From assembly GCA_963782055.1 (NCBI GenBank), contig CAWAIF010000003.1:3392001-3456000 (forward strand): a stretch of DNA of 64,000 bases, given 5' to 3'. This DNA comes from an uncultured delta proteobacterium (GTDB lineage Bacteria; Myxococcota_A; Polyangia; Polyangiales; Polyangiaceae). Positions 1 through 12,928 of this stretch are shown here, piece after piece. The number at the start of each line of letters is the position of its first letter. Position 1 is the first letter of the stretch. The notes under the pieces were generated by a model. That model searched no databases. It worked only from the letters and a program-made list of their open reading frames with translations, and was not told the DNA's origin. A program made the position numbers and the translations under genes.

Positions 1-3
1 GGC

Positions 4-2247
4 TCAGGGAAGGAGGGCGCCACCAAGCTGGGCGATGGTGTCGCGGAAGAGCTGGGCCTCGTGGTCATGACCGCGGTCGCGCGCCTCGCGCTCCAGCCGC
101 GCCAGCACGTCGAGCTGGAAGGGGAGGAGCTCCGCGCGGCGCGCCGGCGTCGCGTCCTCCAGGCGGCCCGCGAGCATGGCGAGCAGCTCGTGGCTCCGGC
201 CGAGGCGCATGAGCACGCCGGAGAGCTCGTCGACGACCCCGTCGTCGTCCGGGCTGGCGCGGAAGCGCGAGAGCAGCTCCTCGGCGCGCGCCTCGTCGTC
301 GGCATCGTCGCTCCGGGCCTCGTCGTCATCCGCCGGGATGCCGTCGGGCGGCATCGTCCTGGGGCCGACGGTGCTCGGCGCGGTGCCTCCCTCCGCCTCG
401 GCGTACGCCGCCTGCACCTCCGGATCCCGAGGGAAGAGGCGCGCGGCCACCGCGAGGTGTGCCAGCGCGCCCTCCAGATCGTGGCGGGAGCGCCGCTCGA
501 AGGCGGCGGCCTCCAGGAGGAAGGGCCGGCGCTCCCCCTCGCCGGCCTCGCCCGCGAGGGCGGCGAGATCGCGCATCTGCGCGTAGGCGAGGGAGGCGCC
601 GGCGAAGTCGCCGAGGTCGGCGCGCCACCGGCCTTCGAGCGCGCGGGCCGCCAGGGCCTCCGGGTCGGCCAGGCCAATCTCCCGCGCCCGGGCGATGGCG
701 GCGGGCTTGTCACCCAGCGTCTCGGCGAGCGCCCGCGCGAGGGCCAGACGGTAGGGCGAGAGCGACGCCGAGGGCGCGCGCGCCGCCTCGCCCAGCTCCA
801 GCGCGCGGGTGAGCAGCGTCACGCCGCGGGCGATCCTGCCTTCCGCCAGCAGAGCGGCGCCCAGACCAGCGGTGGCCTCCGGGTCGTCGGGCAGGAAGCG
901 CAGGGCGCGCTCGAACAGCGGTCGCGCCTCGGCCCCGAACCCCGCCGTGTGAAAGAGCGCGCCCGCCCGGCGCCACACCGCGTGCTTCGCCGCGGCGCCC
1001 GACGCCAGCGCCTCCAGCTCCTCGGCGTCGGCCACCGCGTCGCGCAGCCGCCGGAGCGACAGGCGCATGGCCGCGCGCGACCAGCGCAGCCGCGACGACG
1101 AGGGCACCAGCGCCACGGCGCGGTCCAGCCACTCCAGCGCGTCGTGCCGATCGTTGACCAGCGTGGACACTCGCTCGAGCGCCAGGGCGGCCAGGGCAGG
1201 GTAGCGCTCCCCGTGCGCCGCGCGCAGCAGCGCCGCCGCCGCCGCGGACGAGTCGCCGGACTCGGCGGCGAGCTCCCCCGCGAGAAATCCCGAGGCCGTC
1301 CCGCCGTGCTCGTCGGCGTCGGAGAGGGTCGCTCGCGCGGCCTCCCCGCGCCCCCCCGCGACGCGGTCCAGGTCGGCGATGCGGCGGCACACCTCGGGAT
1401 GGCGGGGCGCGCGCTCCAGGCAGTACAGGTCCAGCACCCGGGCGCGCTCGTGGTCGCCGGCGGCGCGCGCCTCGTCCGCGTCGCGTGTGAGCAGCGCCGC
1501 CTCGCGGGCGCGCACAGCCTCCGCCGGCGTGTCCACCGGAACTGCCCCGACCGAGGCGTGCAGGATCCACGCGTCGGCGGCGCACGTGATCGCGCCGACA
1601 CGGACGTCCTCCGTCTCGGGTGCGCGAGCGCCCGCCTCAGGGAGCAGGCCGCGGCCGATCCGGTCGAAGACGTGGTCCACCACGTAGCGCGCTCCCTCGC
1701 GCCGCGCGGCGCGCCCCAGCGCCGCGTCCATCGCACCCATCGCCAGCGTGACGGCCGGCTTGGGGAGGCCCATGCCGCGGACGTCGAAGAGGGTGAGGCG
1801 CAGCTCCTGCTCGTGCGCGTCCACAGCGACCTCGAAGGCCAGCGCGCGTCCAAGCGCGTCATCGCAGATGCCCACCGTGGCGCCCCAGGGGCGCGACGCA
1901 ATCCACACCGCGGGCGTGCGCGGCCCGAGCAGCCCGCGCAGCCGGGGCGCCATCCAGCGCTCGGCGGCGACCCGCTCCAGCTCCACCGTGAGCCGCTCCA
2001 GCTTGCCGCGCTTGTGCCGGAAGCGCTGCACCCCCCCCGAGACGTCGATGGGGAAACGCGCCGTGGGCAGCGACGCCGCCAGCTCGGTGACGAGCAAGCA
2101 CGCGAGCGGCGCCGGCCCCCCCAGCTCCAGGCCCAGGCCCTTTCGCCCTATCGCCAGCCGCAGCTCCACGACCGGCCGCGTGGCCGGGCGCGCGCCCCTG
2201 GGGGGCGACGCCGCGCGAGCGGGTCGGGAGGAGCGATTCGCCGGCAT
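4..2247 (-). CDS. Large TPR-containing hypothetical protein
   Basis: 747-aa ORF with Ala/Leu-rich helical TPR-like repeats (e.g. LFERALRFLPDDPEATAGLGAALLAEG); TGcTACGAT -10-like box 7 nt upstream of ATG. Confidence 0.7.
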   Translation of the reverse strand: MPANRSSRPARAASPPRGARPATRPVVELRLAIGRKGLGLELGGPAPLACLLVTELAASLPTARFPIDVSGGVQRFRHKRGKLERLTVELERVAAERWMAPRLRGLLGPRTPAVWIASRPWGATVGICDDALGRALAFEVAVDAHEQELRLTLFDVRGMGLPKPAVTLAMGAMDAALGRAARREGARYVVDHVFDRIGRGLLPEAGARAPETEDVRVGAITCAADAWILHASVGAVPVDTPAEAVRAREAALLTRDADEARAAGDHERARVLDLYCLERAPRHPEVCRRIADLDRVAGGRGEAARATLSDADEHGGTASGFLAGELAAESGDSSAAAAALLRAAHGERYPALAALALERVSTLVNDRHDALEWLDRAVALVPSSSRLRWSRAAMRLSLRRLRDAVADAEELEALASGAAAKHAVWRRAGALFHTAGFGAEARPLFERALRFLPDDPEATAGLGAALLAEGRIARGVTLLTRALELGEAARAPSASLSPYRLALARALAETLGDKPAAIARAREIGLADPEALAARALEGRWRADLGDFAGASLAYAQMRDLAALAGEAGEGERRPFLLEAAAFERRSRHDLEGALAHLAVAARLFPRDPEVQAAYAEAEGGTAPSTVGPRTMPPDGIPADDDEARSDDADDEARAEELLSRFRASPDDDGVVDELSGVLMRLGRSHELLAMLAGRLEDATPARRAELLPFQLDVLARLEREARDRGHDHEAQLFRDTIAQLGGALLP

Positions 2248-2325
2248 TCCGTCAATCGTAGCAACTCCTCGCGCCCCGAGGCGACTTCCCCGCCATGGGG
2301 GCCGCTCCAGCCCGGACGCCTCCCA

Positions 2326-2357
2326 CGTCGGACTGTCAGCACGCTTGCAATCCGACG
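2326..2357. repeat. REP-like extragenic palindrome, copy 1
   Basis: CGTCGGACTGTCAGCACGCTTGCAATCCGACG, imperfect palindrome; similar copies at 41812-41847 and 54653-54677. Confidence 0.65.
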
Positions 2358-2465
2358 CGTGGGCCGGATCCGCGAAAGGGGGGCGGGCACCTGGGACCGT
2401 CCGGCCAGGGTCGAGCCACGCCTCGGGAGGGAGCAGGAGGGCGGGATGGAGTAGGCTGCCGGCCG

Positions 2466-5767
<3,302 letters not shown>

Positions 5768-5807
5768 GAGGCCGAGCGGCCGGGGCGGCGCCGTGGGCCT
5801 CCCCCGC

Positions 5808-5840
5808 GCGATTCGGTTGCACGCCACGTGCACGAATCGC
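5808..5840. terminator. Hairpin downstream of eno (possible terminator or operator)
   Basis: GCGATTCG-gt-TGCACG-cca-CGTGCA-CGAATCGC inverted repeat; no U-tract. Confidence 0.35.
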
Positions 5841-5929
5841 GACGCGCCACGGCCGGATCCCGTGCAATTTCGCGCTGCGGCGCGCTCGGGCCGCGCGGGC
5901 ACGATACATGCGTCGACTCCGCAGTCGTG

Positions 5930-6328
5930 ATGGCTTCACACACCGGTGTTCGCGCCCTCGTGGCAGATGATGACCTGGACCTGCTCGACGCGGTCGCGGG
6001 CGCGCTCGAGTATCTCGGGCTGGAGGTGGTGCGCGTACACAGCGGCGGCGAGCTCATCGAGCGCATGGCCGAGGAGGGGGCGTTCGACCTCATCGTCACC
6101 GACGTCGCCATGCCGTGGATGAGCGGGATCCAGGCCTTGCGGGTGGTGCGGACGGCGGGCATCTCGACGCCGGTGATCGTCATGACCGCGCTGACGGACG
6201 ACTGGACGGCCGCGCAGGTCGCGGCCCTCGGCGAGAGCGCCGTCCTCCTGCGCAAGCCGTTCGACCTCAGCCAGCTGGAGGCCGCCGCCGTGCGGCTGCT
6301 CGCGGGGCGACGGAGTGACGTCGCGTGA
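5930..6328 (+). CDS. Single-domain response regulator (REC)
   Basis: LVADDD, IVTDVAMPWMSG (phospho-Asp), VMTA, LRKPF; GTGA overlap with the downstream kinase. Confidence 0.9.
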   Translation: MASHTGVRALVADDDLDLLDAVAGALEYLGLEVVRVHSGGELIERMAEEGAFDLIVTDVAMPWMSGIQALRVVRTAGISTPVIVMTALTDDWTAAQVAALGESAVLLRKPFDLSQLEAAAVRLLAGRRSDVA

Positions 6329-7794
6329 ACGGCGGCGCGCAGCCCGTCGAGGTGACGCACGCCCGCCGCGCCATCGCGCTCTTGCCCCTCGTCGCCGCGC
6401 TCGCCGTCACGTGGGCGATGCGCGGTCTGGAGGAGCCCTACCACCACTGGTTTCTCTTCTACCCGGCGGCCTTCGTCAGCTCGTGGATCGCGGGTCGGCG
6501 GTGGGGCTTGCTCGTCACCCTCCTGGCGACGTCCCTCGTCTGGTGGTTCTTCATCCCGCCGACGCAGTCGATCGTGAAGCCGCCGGGGGAGCTCCTCCCG
6601 GCGGTCGTCTTCGCGGTGATGGGCGTCTTCTTCGCCGTGTTCCACGACCGTCTGAGGACGGTGAACGCGCGCATGAAGAAGCTCCTGGACGAGCGGCGCG
6701 TGTTCTCCGCGCTCATCGAGAACTCCCCCGACTTCATCGGCATCACCGACGCCACCGGCAAGCCGGTGTACGTGAACCCCGCCGGACGCCGCATGGTCGG
6801 CATGGCGCCCGACCACCCCCTCGCCGAGACGACGATCCCGGAGTACTACCCGGCGGAGCAGCGCACCTTCGTGAGCGAGGTGATCCTCAAGGAGATGGCC
6901 GAGCGGGGTCAGTGGCGAGGCGAGACGTACTTCCGCAACTGGAAGACGGGCGAGCCGATCCCGGTCTCCGACGAGCACTTCATCATCCGGGAACCGGAGA
7001 CCGGGCGCGTCATCGGCATGGGCACGGTCACGCGCGACATCTCCGACGTCAAGCGCGCGCGCGACGAGGTGGAGGCGGCCAACCGGAAGCTCGAGCGGGC
7101 GCTCGAGGCGCGGGACGAGGTGCTCGGCATCGTCGCGCACGACCTGCGCAATCCGCTCAACGCGATCGTCATCCAGTCGCAGCTCCTGCGGCGGTCCGGC
7201 GCGGCGGAGCGGCGAAACGTCGCGCCCGTCGAGGGCATCCGGCGGGCCGCGATGCGCATGAACCGCCTGATCCAGGATCTGCTCGACGTCGCGCGCCTGG
7301 AGGCGGGGCAGACGCTCGCGATGAACCGGGCGACGCTCGTGCCGCGGACGGTCGTCAAGGCGGTGCTCGAGTCCCACGGCCCGGCCGCCGCCGCGGCTTC
7401 GATCGAGCTGGTCGCCGACGTCGGGGACTGCGCCGACGTCTGGGCCGACCGCGGGCGATTGCTCCAGGTCTTCGACAACCTGGTGGGCAACGCCATCAAG
7501 TTCACGCCCCCCCACGGGCGCGTCGCGGTGGGGGTCGCGCCGCACGACGGCGACGTGCTCTTCTCCGTCAGCGACACGGGCGTGGGCCTCGCGCCGGATG
7601 CCGCCGAGCGTCTCTTCGACCGCTTCTGGCAGGCGCAGGCGCAGGACCGTCGCGGCGCGGGCCTGGGGCTCTCGGTGGCCAAGGCGCTGGTCGAGGCGCA
7701 CGGGGGCCAGATCTGGGCCGAGTCGCGCGTGGGCGAGGGGACGCGTGTCTGCTTCACCATCCCGGCGGCGACTCCCTCCGCCATCGCGGTCTGA
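6325..7794 (+). CDS. Membrane PAS-domain sensor histidine kinase
   Basis: N-terminal TM segments, PAS (ALIENSPDFIGI..YVNPAG), H-box AHDLRNPL, N-box NLVGNAIKF, DTGVG, GAGLGL. Confidence 0.93.
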   Translation: MNGGAQPVEVTHARRAIALLPLVAALAVTWAMRGLEEPYHHWFLFYPAAFVSSWIAGRRWGLLVTLLATSLVWWFFIPPTQSIVKPPGELLPAVVFAVMGVFFAVFHDRLRTVNARMKKLLDERRVFSALIENSPDFIGITDATGKPVYVNPAGRRMVGMAPDHPLAETTIPEYYPAEQRTFVSEVILKEMAERGQWRGETYFRNWKTGEPIPVSDEHFIIREPETGRVIGMGTVTRDISDVKRARDEVEAANRKLERALEARDEVLGIVAHDLRNPLNAIVIQSQLLRRSGAAERRNVAPVEGIRRAAMRMNRLIQDLLDVARLEAGQTLAMNRATLVPRTVVKAVLESHGPAAAAASIELVADVGDCADVWADRGRLLQVFDNLVGNAIKFTPPHGRVAVGVAPHDGDVLFSVSDTGVGLAPDAAERLFDRFWQAQAQDRRGAGLGLSVAKALVEAHGGQIWAESRVGEGTRVCFTIPAATPSAIAV

Positions 7795-7857
7795 CGCCTC
7801 CCGAGCGGCGCGCAGGCTACCTTCCCCCAGCCGCGCGCCGGCGGATGGAGTGAGGCC

Positions 7858-9441
7858 TCACGCCGCCCGGCGCGCGTAGCGCGGCCAGTCGTCGAGCATC
7901 CGCCGCGCGGTCTTGAGGGAGACGCTCATCACCGCGAGCTGCGAGTTCACCCCGATGCTCGTCGGCAGGACGCTGCCGTCGGAGATGATCAGGTTGTCCA
8001 CCTGCCACGTCTCCCCGGTGGGCTTCACCACGCCGTGGCGGTCGTCGACGCTCATCTTCGCCGAGCCGAGCGGGTGGAACGCCATGCACTCCACCCGCCG
8101 CGCGGACGGCGGGTGCTCGGTGAGGAAGTCCAGGTCCTCCACCTTGTCGATGGGCTCGCTCCCGAACACCGGGAGCAGCACCTGCTTCGCCCCGGCCGCG
8201 AAGGCCATCTGCCCGAGGAGCTGGATGCCCTTGAACATGCGCGCCCGGTCGCGGTCGCTCATGCGGTAGGTGAGCATCGGCTCGCGGGAGATCCAGCGCC
8301 GGACCGCGCCGCCACCGTCGTCGTGCACCATCCCGCCGAAGACGGCGAGGTTGGGGTACTGCTTCATGAGGTCGAGGTGCGGCTTGCCCACGCCGGGGAA
8401 GGCGGCCGCCAGGACGTTGGGCGGGTTGAAGACGCTGACGAAGGTCAGGCCCTCGTCCATGAGGTGATCGCTGTAGACGCTCTGCATCGCGCCGTCCCAG
8501 CCGCCGACGACCTCGTCGAAGGTCGCCGAGACGCGGAAGGCCGGGTGCAGCGTCAGGTGACGCCCCAGGTGCGGCCCGCCCAGGCCGCTGCGCCGGAGCA
8601 AGAGCGGGGTGTGCATCGACCCGCAGGCGACGACGACCAGCTTCGCCTTCACCTCGAAGGGGACGCGCGGCTCGCCCGTCCGCTGGTCCAAAAAGCGACC
8701 GCGCACGCCCACCGCCCGGCCGCCGGCGATGTCCACCCGCTCGACGAGCGCGTCCGCCCACACGCGCGCCCCGGCGGCGTACGCGTCGGGGAGCACCGAG
8801 ATGTCCACGCTCATCTTGGCGCGGTTGGGGCAGCCGAAGGTGCAGCGCGACGCGCCCTTGCAGTGGTGGGTGTTGCGCCGGAGGCTCTTCATCGGGATGC
8901 CGAGCTTCGCCGCGCCCTCGACGAAGATCTGCGTGGAGCGCGAGCGCATCGTCTCCGGCACCGTCTCCACCTGCACAGTCTCCTCCACCGAGGAGAAGTA
9001 AGGGTCGAGCGCCTCCGGCGTCATCCCGGTGAGGCCGAGCCCGGTGGACCAGTGGTGCAGCACCTCCTCCGGGATGCGGAAGCACACCCCGCCGGTGAGC
9101 ACGCTGGAGCCGCCGACGACGCGCCCGGCCATCGAGGCGATGAGCGGCGTGTCGCCAAGCCCGACGGCCGTGTTGAGGCCGCACTCCCGCGCGATGCGCC
9201 GCAGGCTCTGCGAGGGCGGCAGGGCGCCGTACTCCTCCGGCGTGTAGTAGCCGCCCTCCTCCAGCACCAGCACCGAGAGGCCGGCCTGCGACGCCTCGCG
9301 CGCCATGATGGCGCCGCCCGCGCCGGAGCCGACGATCACCACGTCCACCTTCGCGCTCGCCGGGCGGCCAATCTCGCGGCCGCGCGTCACCGCGCCGCGA
9401 GGGACGTCGCGCGTCTCGTACGCGCCGGCCGGCTCGTTCAT
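7858..9441 (-). CDS. GMC-family FAD oxidoreductase
   Basis: VIVGSGAGG FAD motif, GRVVGGSS, C-terminal FHPLGSAKM and DGSVLPTSIGVNSQ. Confidence 0.9.
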   Translation of the reverse strand: MNEPAGAYETRDVPRGAVTRGREIGRPASAKVDVVIVGSGAGGAIMAREASQAGLSVLVLEEGGYYTPEEYGALPPSQSLRRIARECGLNTAVGLGDTPLIASMAGRVVGGSSVLTGGVCFRIPEEVLHHWSTGLGLTGMTPEALDPYFSSVEETVQVETVPETMRSRSTQIFVEGAAKLGIPMKSLRRNTHHCKGASRCTFGCPNRAKMSVDISVLPDAYAAGARVWADALVERVDIAGGRAVGVRGRFLDQRTGEPRVPFEVKAKLVVVACGSMHTPLLLRRSGLGGPHLGRHLTLHPAFRVSATFDEVVGGWDGAMQSVYSDHLMDEGLTFVSVFNPPNVLAAAFPGVGKPHLDLMKQYPNLAVFGGMVHDDGGGAVRRWISREPMLTYRMSDRDRARMFKGIQLLGQMAFAAGAKQVLLPVFGSEPIDKVEDLDFLTEHPPSARRVECMAFHPLGSAKMSVDDRHGVVKPTGETWQVDNLIISDGSVLPTSIGVNSQLAVMSVSLKTARRMLDDWPRYARRAA

Positions 9442-9941
9442 ACAGACACCTCGTCGCGTCGCGCCGCGGCGGAGGGGAGGGGAGCGGCGGCGACGGGGAG
9501 CGAGCGCTTGTAGTGCTCGCGCTCCGGACCGGGGTAGCCGATGGCCCGCTGCCGCGCCTCGTCCTCGAAGAAGGCGATGGTGAGCATGGTCTTGAAGGCG
9601 ACGACGATGAGGGTGAAGGGCACGAAGCGGGAGGCGTCCATCCGCCCGAGCATCTTCACGCGGTCCTCCCGGGAGAGGTCGTCGAACGCGGCGAAGCGCC
9701 CCACGACGAGCAGCGGCAGGAAGCGAAGGATGTCCAGCATGCCCGTCAGGCCGAAGCGCAGCGTCTTGCTCGCCGGGCTCATGAAGCCGTCGGCGCTCTC
9801 GACCAGCGCGTCCAGATCGGCCTCGGCGAGCGGCTCGTCCCCCGTGAACATGGCCTCGCCGAGCGCCCGGACCACGGCGCGGTGGCGCGGCCGGAGGGTG
9901 GTGCGCGCGAAATCGCGCGTCCGGAGCAGCGGCAGCGGCAT
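9438..9941 (-). CDS. Small partner protein of the GMC oxidoreductase (dehydrogenase small-subunit-like)
   Basis: ATGA-coupled to the GMC gene; helical protein ending IGYPGP, as in gluconate-2-dehydrogenase subunit-3-like proteins. Confidence 0.6.
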   Translation of the reverse strand: MPLPLLRTRDFARTTLRPRHRAVVRALGEAMFTGDEPLAEADLDALVESADGFMSPASKTLRFGLTGMLDILRFLPLLVVGRFAAFDDLSREDRVKMLGRMDASRFVPFTLIVVAFKTMLTIAFFEDEARQRAIGYPGPEREHYKRSLPVAAAPLPSAAARRDEVSV

Positions 9942-9969
9942 CGAAGGGTTAGCATAGCGCGCAACACCC

Positions 9970-10572
9970 ATGACTCGACGGCGAAAGTGGATGGCAGGGC
10001 TCGGCGCTCTACTGCTCGTAGGCGGCGCGGCAGGGCTCATCTTCGCGTGCGGCGGCAGCCTCGTGCAGCGGCCGGACGGCGGCAAGGGCCTGCTCCCGGT
10101 CGGGGCGTCCGCGCCAGACTTCACCGCCACGACGAAGGCGGGGGAGCCGGTGCGGCTCTCCTCGATGCACGGCGAGCCCGTCGTCGTCTACTTCTACCCC
10201 AAGGACGGCACCCCCGGCTGCACCAAGGAGGCGTGCTCCTTCCGTGACGCGTGGCAGAAGTACGCCGCGCACCACGTGGGGATCGTGGGCGTCTCGGCGG
10301 ACAGCGAGGAGAGCCACCGCAAGTTCGTCAAGGAGCACGATCTGCCGTTCCCGCTCGCCTCCGACGAGAGCGGAGCGATCGCGAAGAGCTACGGCGTGCC
10401 GCAGCACCTGGGCATGGACTCGCGCGTCTCCTTCTTGCTCACGGCCGACGGCAAGGTGGCGAAGGTGTGGCCGAGCGTGGACCCCGGCGTCCACGCCGAC
10501 GAGGTGCTGGCCGCCGCCGCCCCGCTCGCGCCCGCCCCCGCCGCTCCCGCGGCGAGCAGCGCCGCGCCGTAG
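9970..10572 (+). CDS. Peroxiredoxin, BCP/PrxQ family, with N-terminal signal or lipobox
   Basis: YFYPKDGTPGCTKEACSFRD motif; hydrophobic leader ending LIFAC. Confidence 0.92.
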   Translation: MTRRRKWMAGLGALLLVGGAAGLIFACGGSLVQRPDGGKGLLPVGASAPDFTATTKAGEPVRLSSMHGEPVVVYFYPKDGTPGCTKEACSFRDAWQKYAAHHVGIVGVSADSEESHRKFVKEHDLPFPLASDESGAIAKSYGVPQHLGMDSRVSFLLTADGKVAKVWPSVDPGVHADEVLAAAAPLAPAPAAPAASSAAP

Positions 10573-10583
10573 CTGTCGTGCAC

Positions 10584-10624
10584 AAAAACGAAAGAGGCGC
10601 GACGTCCGCAGACGCCGCGCCTCT
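10584..10624 (-). terminator. Rho-independent terminator between convergent genes
   Basis: AGAGGCGCG/CGCGCCTCT stem followed by a T-rich tail on the minus strand. Confidence 0.6.
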
Positions 10625-10645
10625 CCGTCCCCGTGGGTGGATCGC

Positions 10646-12238
10646 TCAGAGCTGGCAGACGCCGTTCGGGCTGGTGTACGTGAGGATCACCATCCCGCCG
10701 TTGCCGCCCTGTCCGGAGACCTTGCCTCCGGCGCCGACCGCGGCGCCGAGGGTGGTGGACTTCCAGGTGTTGGCGCCCACGCCGCCCGGCGTGGGTGTCG
10801 CGTTGGCCGCCGTCGCGCCGTTGCTCCCGCCAGCAGTCGGCTTCGCGCCGTTGCTGTTGTTGTAGCAAGCGCCGCCGCCGCCGCCGAAGCCCGCGCCGCC
10901 GCCGCCGCCGTTCCACACGGTGGCGCCAGCGCCGCCGGTGCCCGCGTTGCCACCGGCGGCCTTGGTCGTCCCGCCGGCCGTGCCGCCCTTCATGCTGGCG
11001 CCGCTACCGGCGCCGTTGACGCCGACGCCGCCCGTGTTGGTGCCGCCCGCCGCACCGGAGGACCCGGCGCCCAGGGCCTCTCCCCCGGCGCCGCCGAAGT
11101 AGCCGCTGCCGCCGCCGCCACCGTAGTCCCAGCCCCCGCCGCCGCCGCCGCCGCCCGAATACACGTCCAGCTGGGCGCCGGGGTCGATGCTGAACGTCCC
11201 GGTGACGATGGCCCCGCCAGCACCCGCGGTGACCGAGCCGCCTTCCTTGCCGCCGGCGCCTCCGGCGGCATAGGCCACCTCGGCGCTGGCGTTGACGATG
11301 CCGCTGCTCCCGCCGCCGCCGCCGGTCGACCAGTAGTTGATGCCGCCGCCGGCACCGCCGCCGCCGCCCGCCATCGCGTAGCTGACGGAGATGGAGACGT
11401 TGTAGGCGTTGGTCTCGCTGAGTGACGAGGTGACGACGGTGGTGCACTTGCCGTCGGGATCGGCGAGTCGCACGCAGGCACCCTCGCTGCAGGCATAGCC
11501 GTCGCCGCACTTCACGCCGCAGGCGCCGCAGTTCTGGTTGTCGCTCTGGATGTTCGCGCAGTACGGGTAATTGACCGTCTGGCCGGCGTCGGCGTCGGCG
11601 CCGCCATCATCCGAGGCGTCCGCCGAGGCGTCGTCTGCGGCATCGTTCGAGGCATCGTTCGAGGCGTCGCTCACCCCACCGTCGGGGGGGGCGGGCGTGT
11701 TGCAGAGCGTGAAGCCCACCTGGCAGGAGCCCGCGCACTGGCCCGCGCTGCAGACCTCACCGGCGCCACACGCAGTGCCGCACGAGCCGCAGTTGTTCGG
11801 GTCGGTCTGCGTGTCGACGCACGTGTCGTTGCAGACCGTCTGCGACGCGCCGCAGGTGCTGGCGCACTTGCCGGCCGCGCACACCTGGCCCGCCGCACAC
11901 GCGCTGCCGCAGGAGCCGCAGTTCTGCGGATCGTTCTGGGTGTTGGTGCAGGACTGCCCGCACGCAGTCTCGCTGGAGCCGCAGCTCGTAGCGCACTGGC
12001 CCTGCGAGCACACCATGCCGGCGCTGCACGCCGTGCCGCATGCGCCGCAATTGGAGGGATCCTTCTGCAGGTTGGCGCACTCCGAGCCGCAGAGGCTCTG
12101 CGTGGAGGGGCAGACGCTCGCGTCGCCGCCGTTGCCGTTGTTGGCGTCGCTGGAGCAGCCCTCGACGGCGATGGCTCCCACGAGCCCGACCGCGCCTGCC
12201 ACGATGAGCGTGGACCAGTTTCTCAAGTGTCGAAGCAT
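10646..12238 (-). CDS. Secreted or lipid-anchored protein with myxobacterial Cys-rich repeats and a Gly-rich C-terminal domain
   Basis: Leader ending EGC; four repeats of C.D/N.Q.D..NCG.CG..C..G..C..G.C; DASNDAS linker; long poly-Gly domain. Confidence 0.8.
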   Translation of the reverse strand: MLRHLRNWSTLIVAGAVGLVGAIAVEGCSSDANNGNGGDASVCPSTQSLCGSECANLQKDPSNCGACGTACSAGMVCSQGQCATSCGSSETACGQSCTNTQNDPQNCGSCGSACAAGQVCAAGKCASTCGASQTVCNDTCVDTQTDPNNCGSCGTACGAGEVCSAGQCAGSCQVGFTLCNTPAPPDGGVSDASNDASNDAADDASADASDDGGADADAGQTVNYPYCANIQSDNQNCGACGVKCGDGYACSEGACVRLADPDGKCTTVVTSSLSETNAYNVSISVSYAMAGGGGGAGGGINYWSTGGGGGSSGIVNASAEVAYAAGGAGGKEGGSVTAGAGGAIVTGTFSIDPGAQLDVYSGGGGGGGGWDYGGGGGSGYFGGAGGEALGAGSSGAAGGTNTGGVGVNGAGSGASMKGGTAGGTTKAAGGNAGTGGAGATVWNGGGGGAGFGGGGGACYNNSNGAKPTAGGSNGATAANATPTPGGVGANTWKSTTLGAAVGAGGKVSGQGGNGGMVILTYTSPNGVCQL

Positions 12239-12424
12239 TCTTCCTCCTTGGGTAGATCGGCCACCCATAGACCCTGCGCCACGACATCACAAGCGGGAAC
12301 TGTGAGGCTTGCAGTCGCCGCGGCCAGTCAGAGGTCGAAATGCACGGCTTGCCGGCGCGAGTCGCAGCGGCTCTGCGGCACCTCGGGATGGACTCGCGCG
12401 CCCTCTGCCGTCACCCGGATCAGG

Positions 12425-12859
12425 TCACTTCGGCACGCAGACGTTGGGGACCGACGCGTCGTCGCCGAAGCCGGCGTCGCCTGGCAGGAACGCGGTCCCG
12501 CAGGTGTAGTTGCACGGGCACGGATCGCCGCAGCCGCACACGTAGTACCGCAGGGTGCCGCTGAAGTTCTGCTCGATCCTGACGCGGGAGACGCCGGCGT
12601 CGCTGACGCAGGTCGTTGGGTCCTCGGTGAAGAGGCCGCCCTCGGCGGTCTTGCAGGCGGGGTCGCTCGCGGGGTCGATGGTGCCCGCGTCGGACGCGTC
12701 GGAGGCGCTGCCTGCGTCCCCGCCGTTACCGCCCGAGTCGGCGGTGGTGCCCGCGTCGGTCGTGGTGGTGGTGCTGTCGCTGCACGCGGAGCCGAGGGCG
12801 AGGGCACCCAGGAGCAGGCCGCCGAGTCCGATCCCGCCCGTGAGTCGCCATCGCGTCAT
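12425..12859 (-). CDS. Small Cys-rich lipoprotein
   Basis: Signal peptide with GSAC lipobox, Thr/DAG-rich linker, several C-terminal Cys; TGcTACGCT box 7 nt upstream. Confidence 0.7.
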   Translation of the reverse strand: MTRWRLTGGIGLGGLLLGALALGSACSDSTTTTTDAGTTADSGGNGGDAGSASDASDAGTIDPASDPACKTAEGGLFTEDPTTCVSDAGVSRVRIEQNFSGTLRYYVCGCGDPCPCNYTCGTAFLPGDAGFGDDASVPNVCVPK

Positions 12860-12928
12860 GTCGCCGAGCGTAGCAACGTCCAGCCCGCCCAGGAACCCAC
12901 CGCGAGCACCGACGCGAGAGGCGAGCCG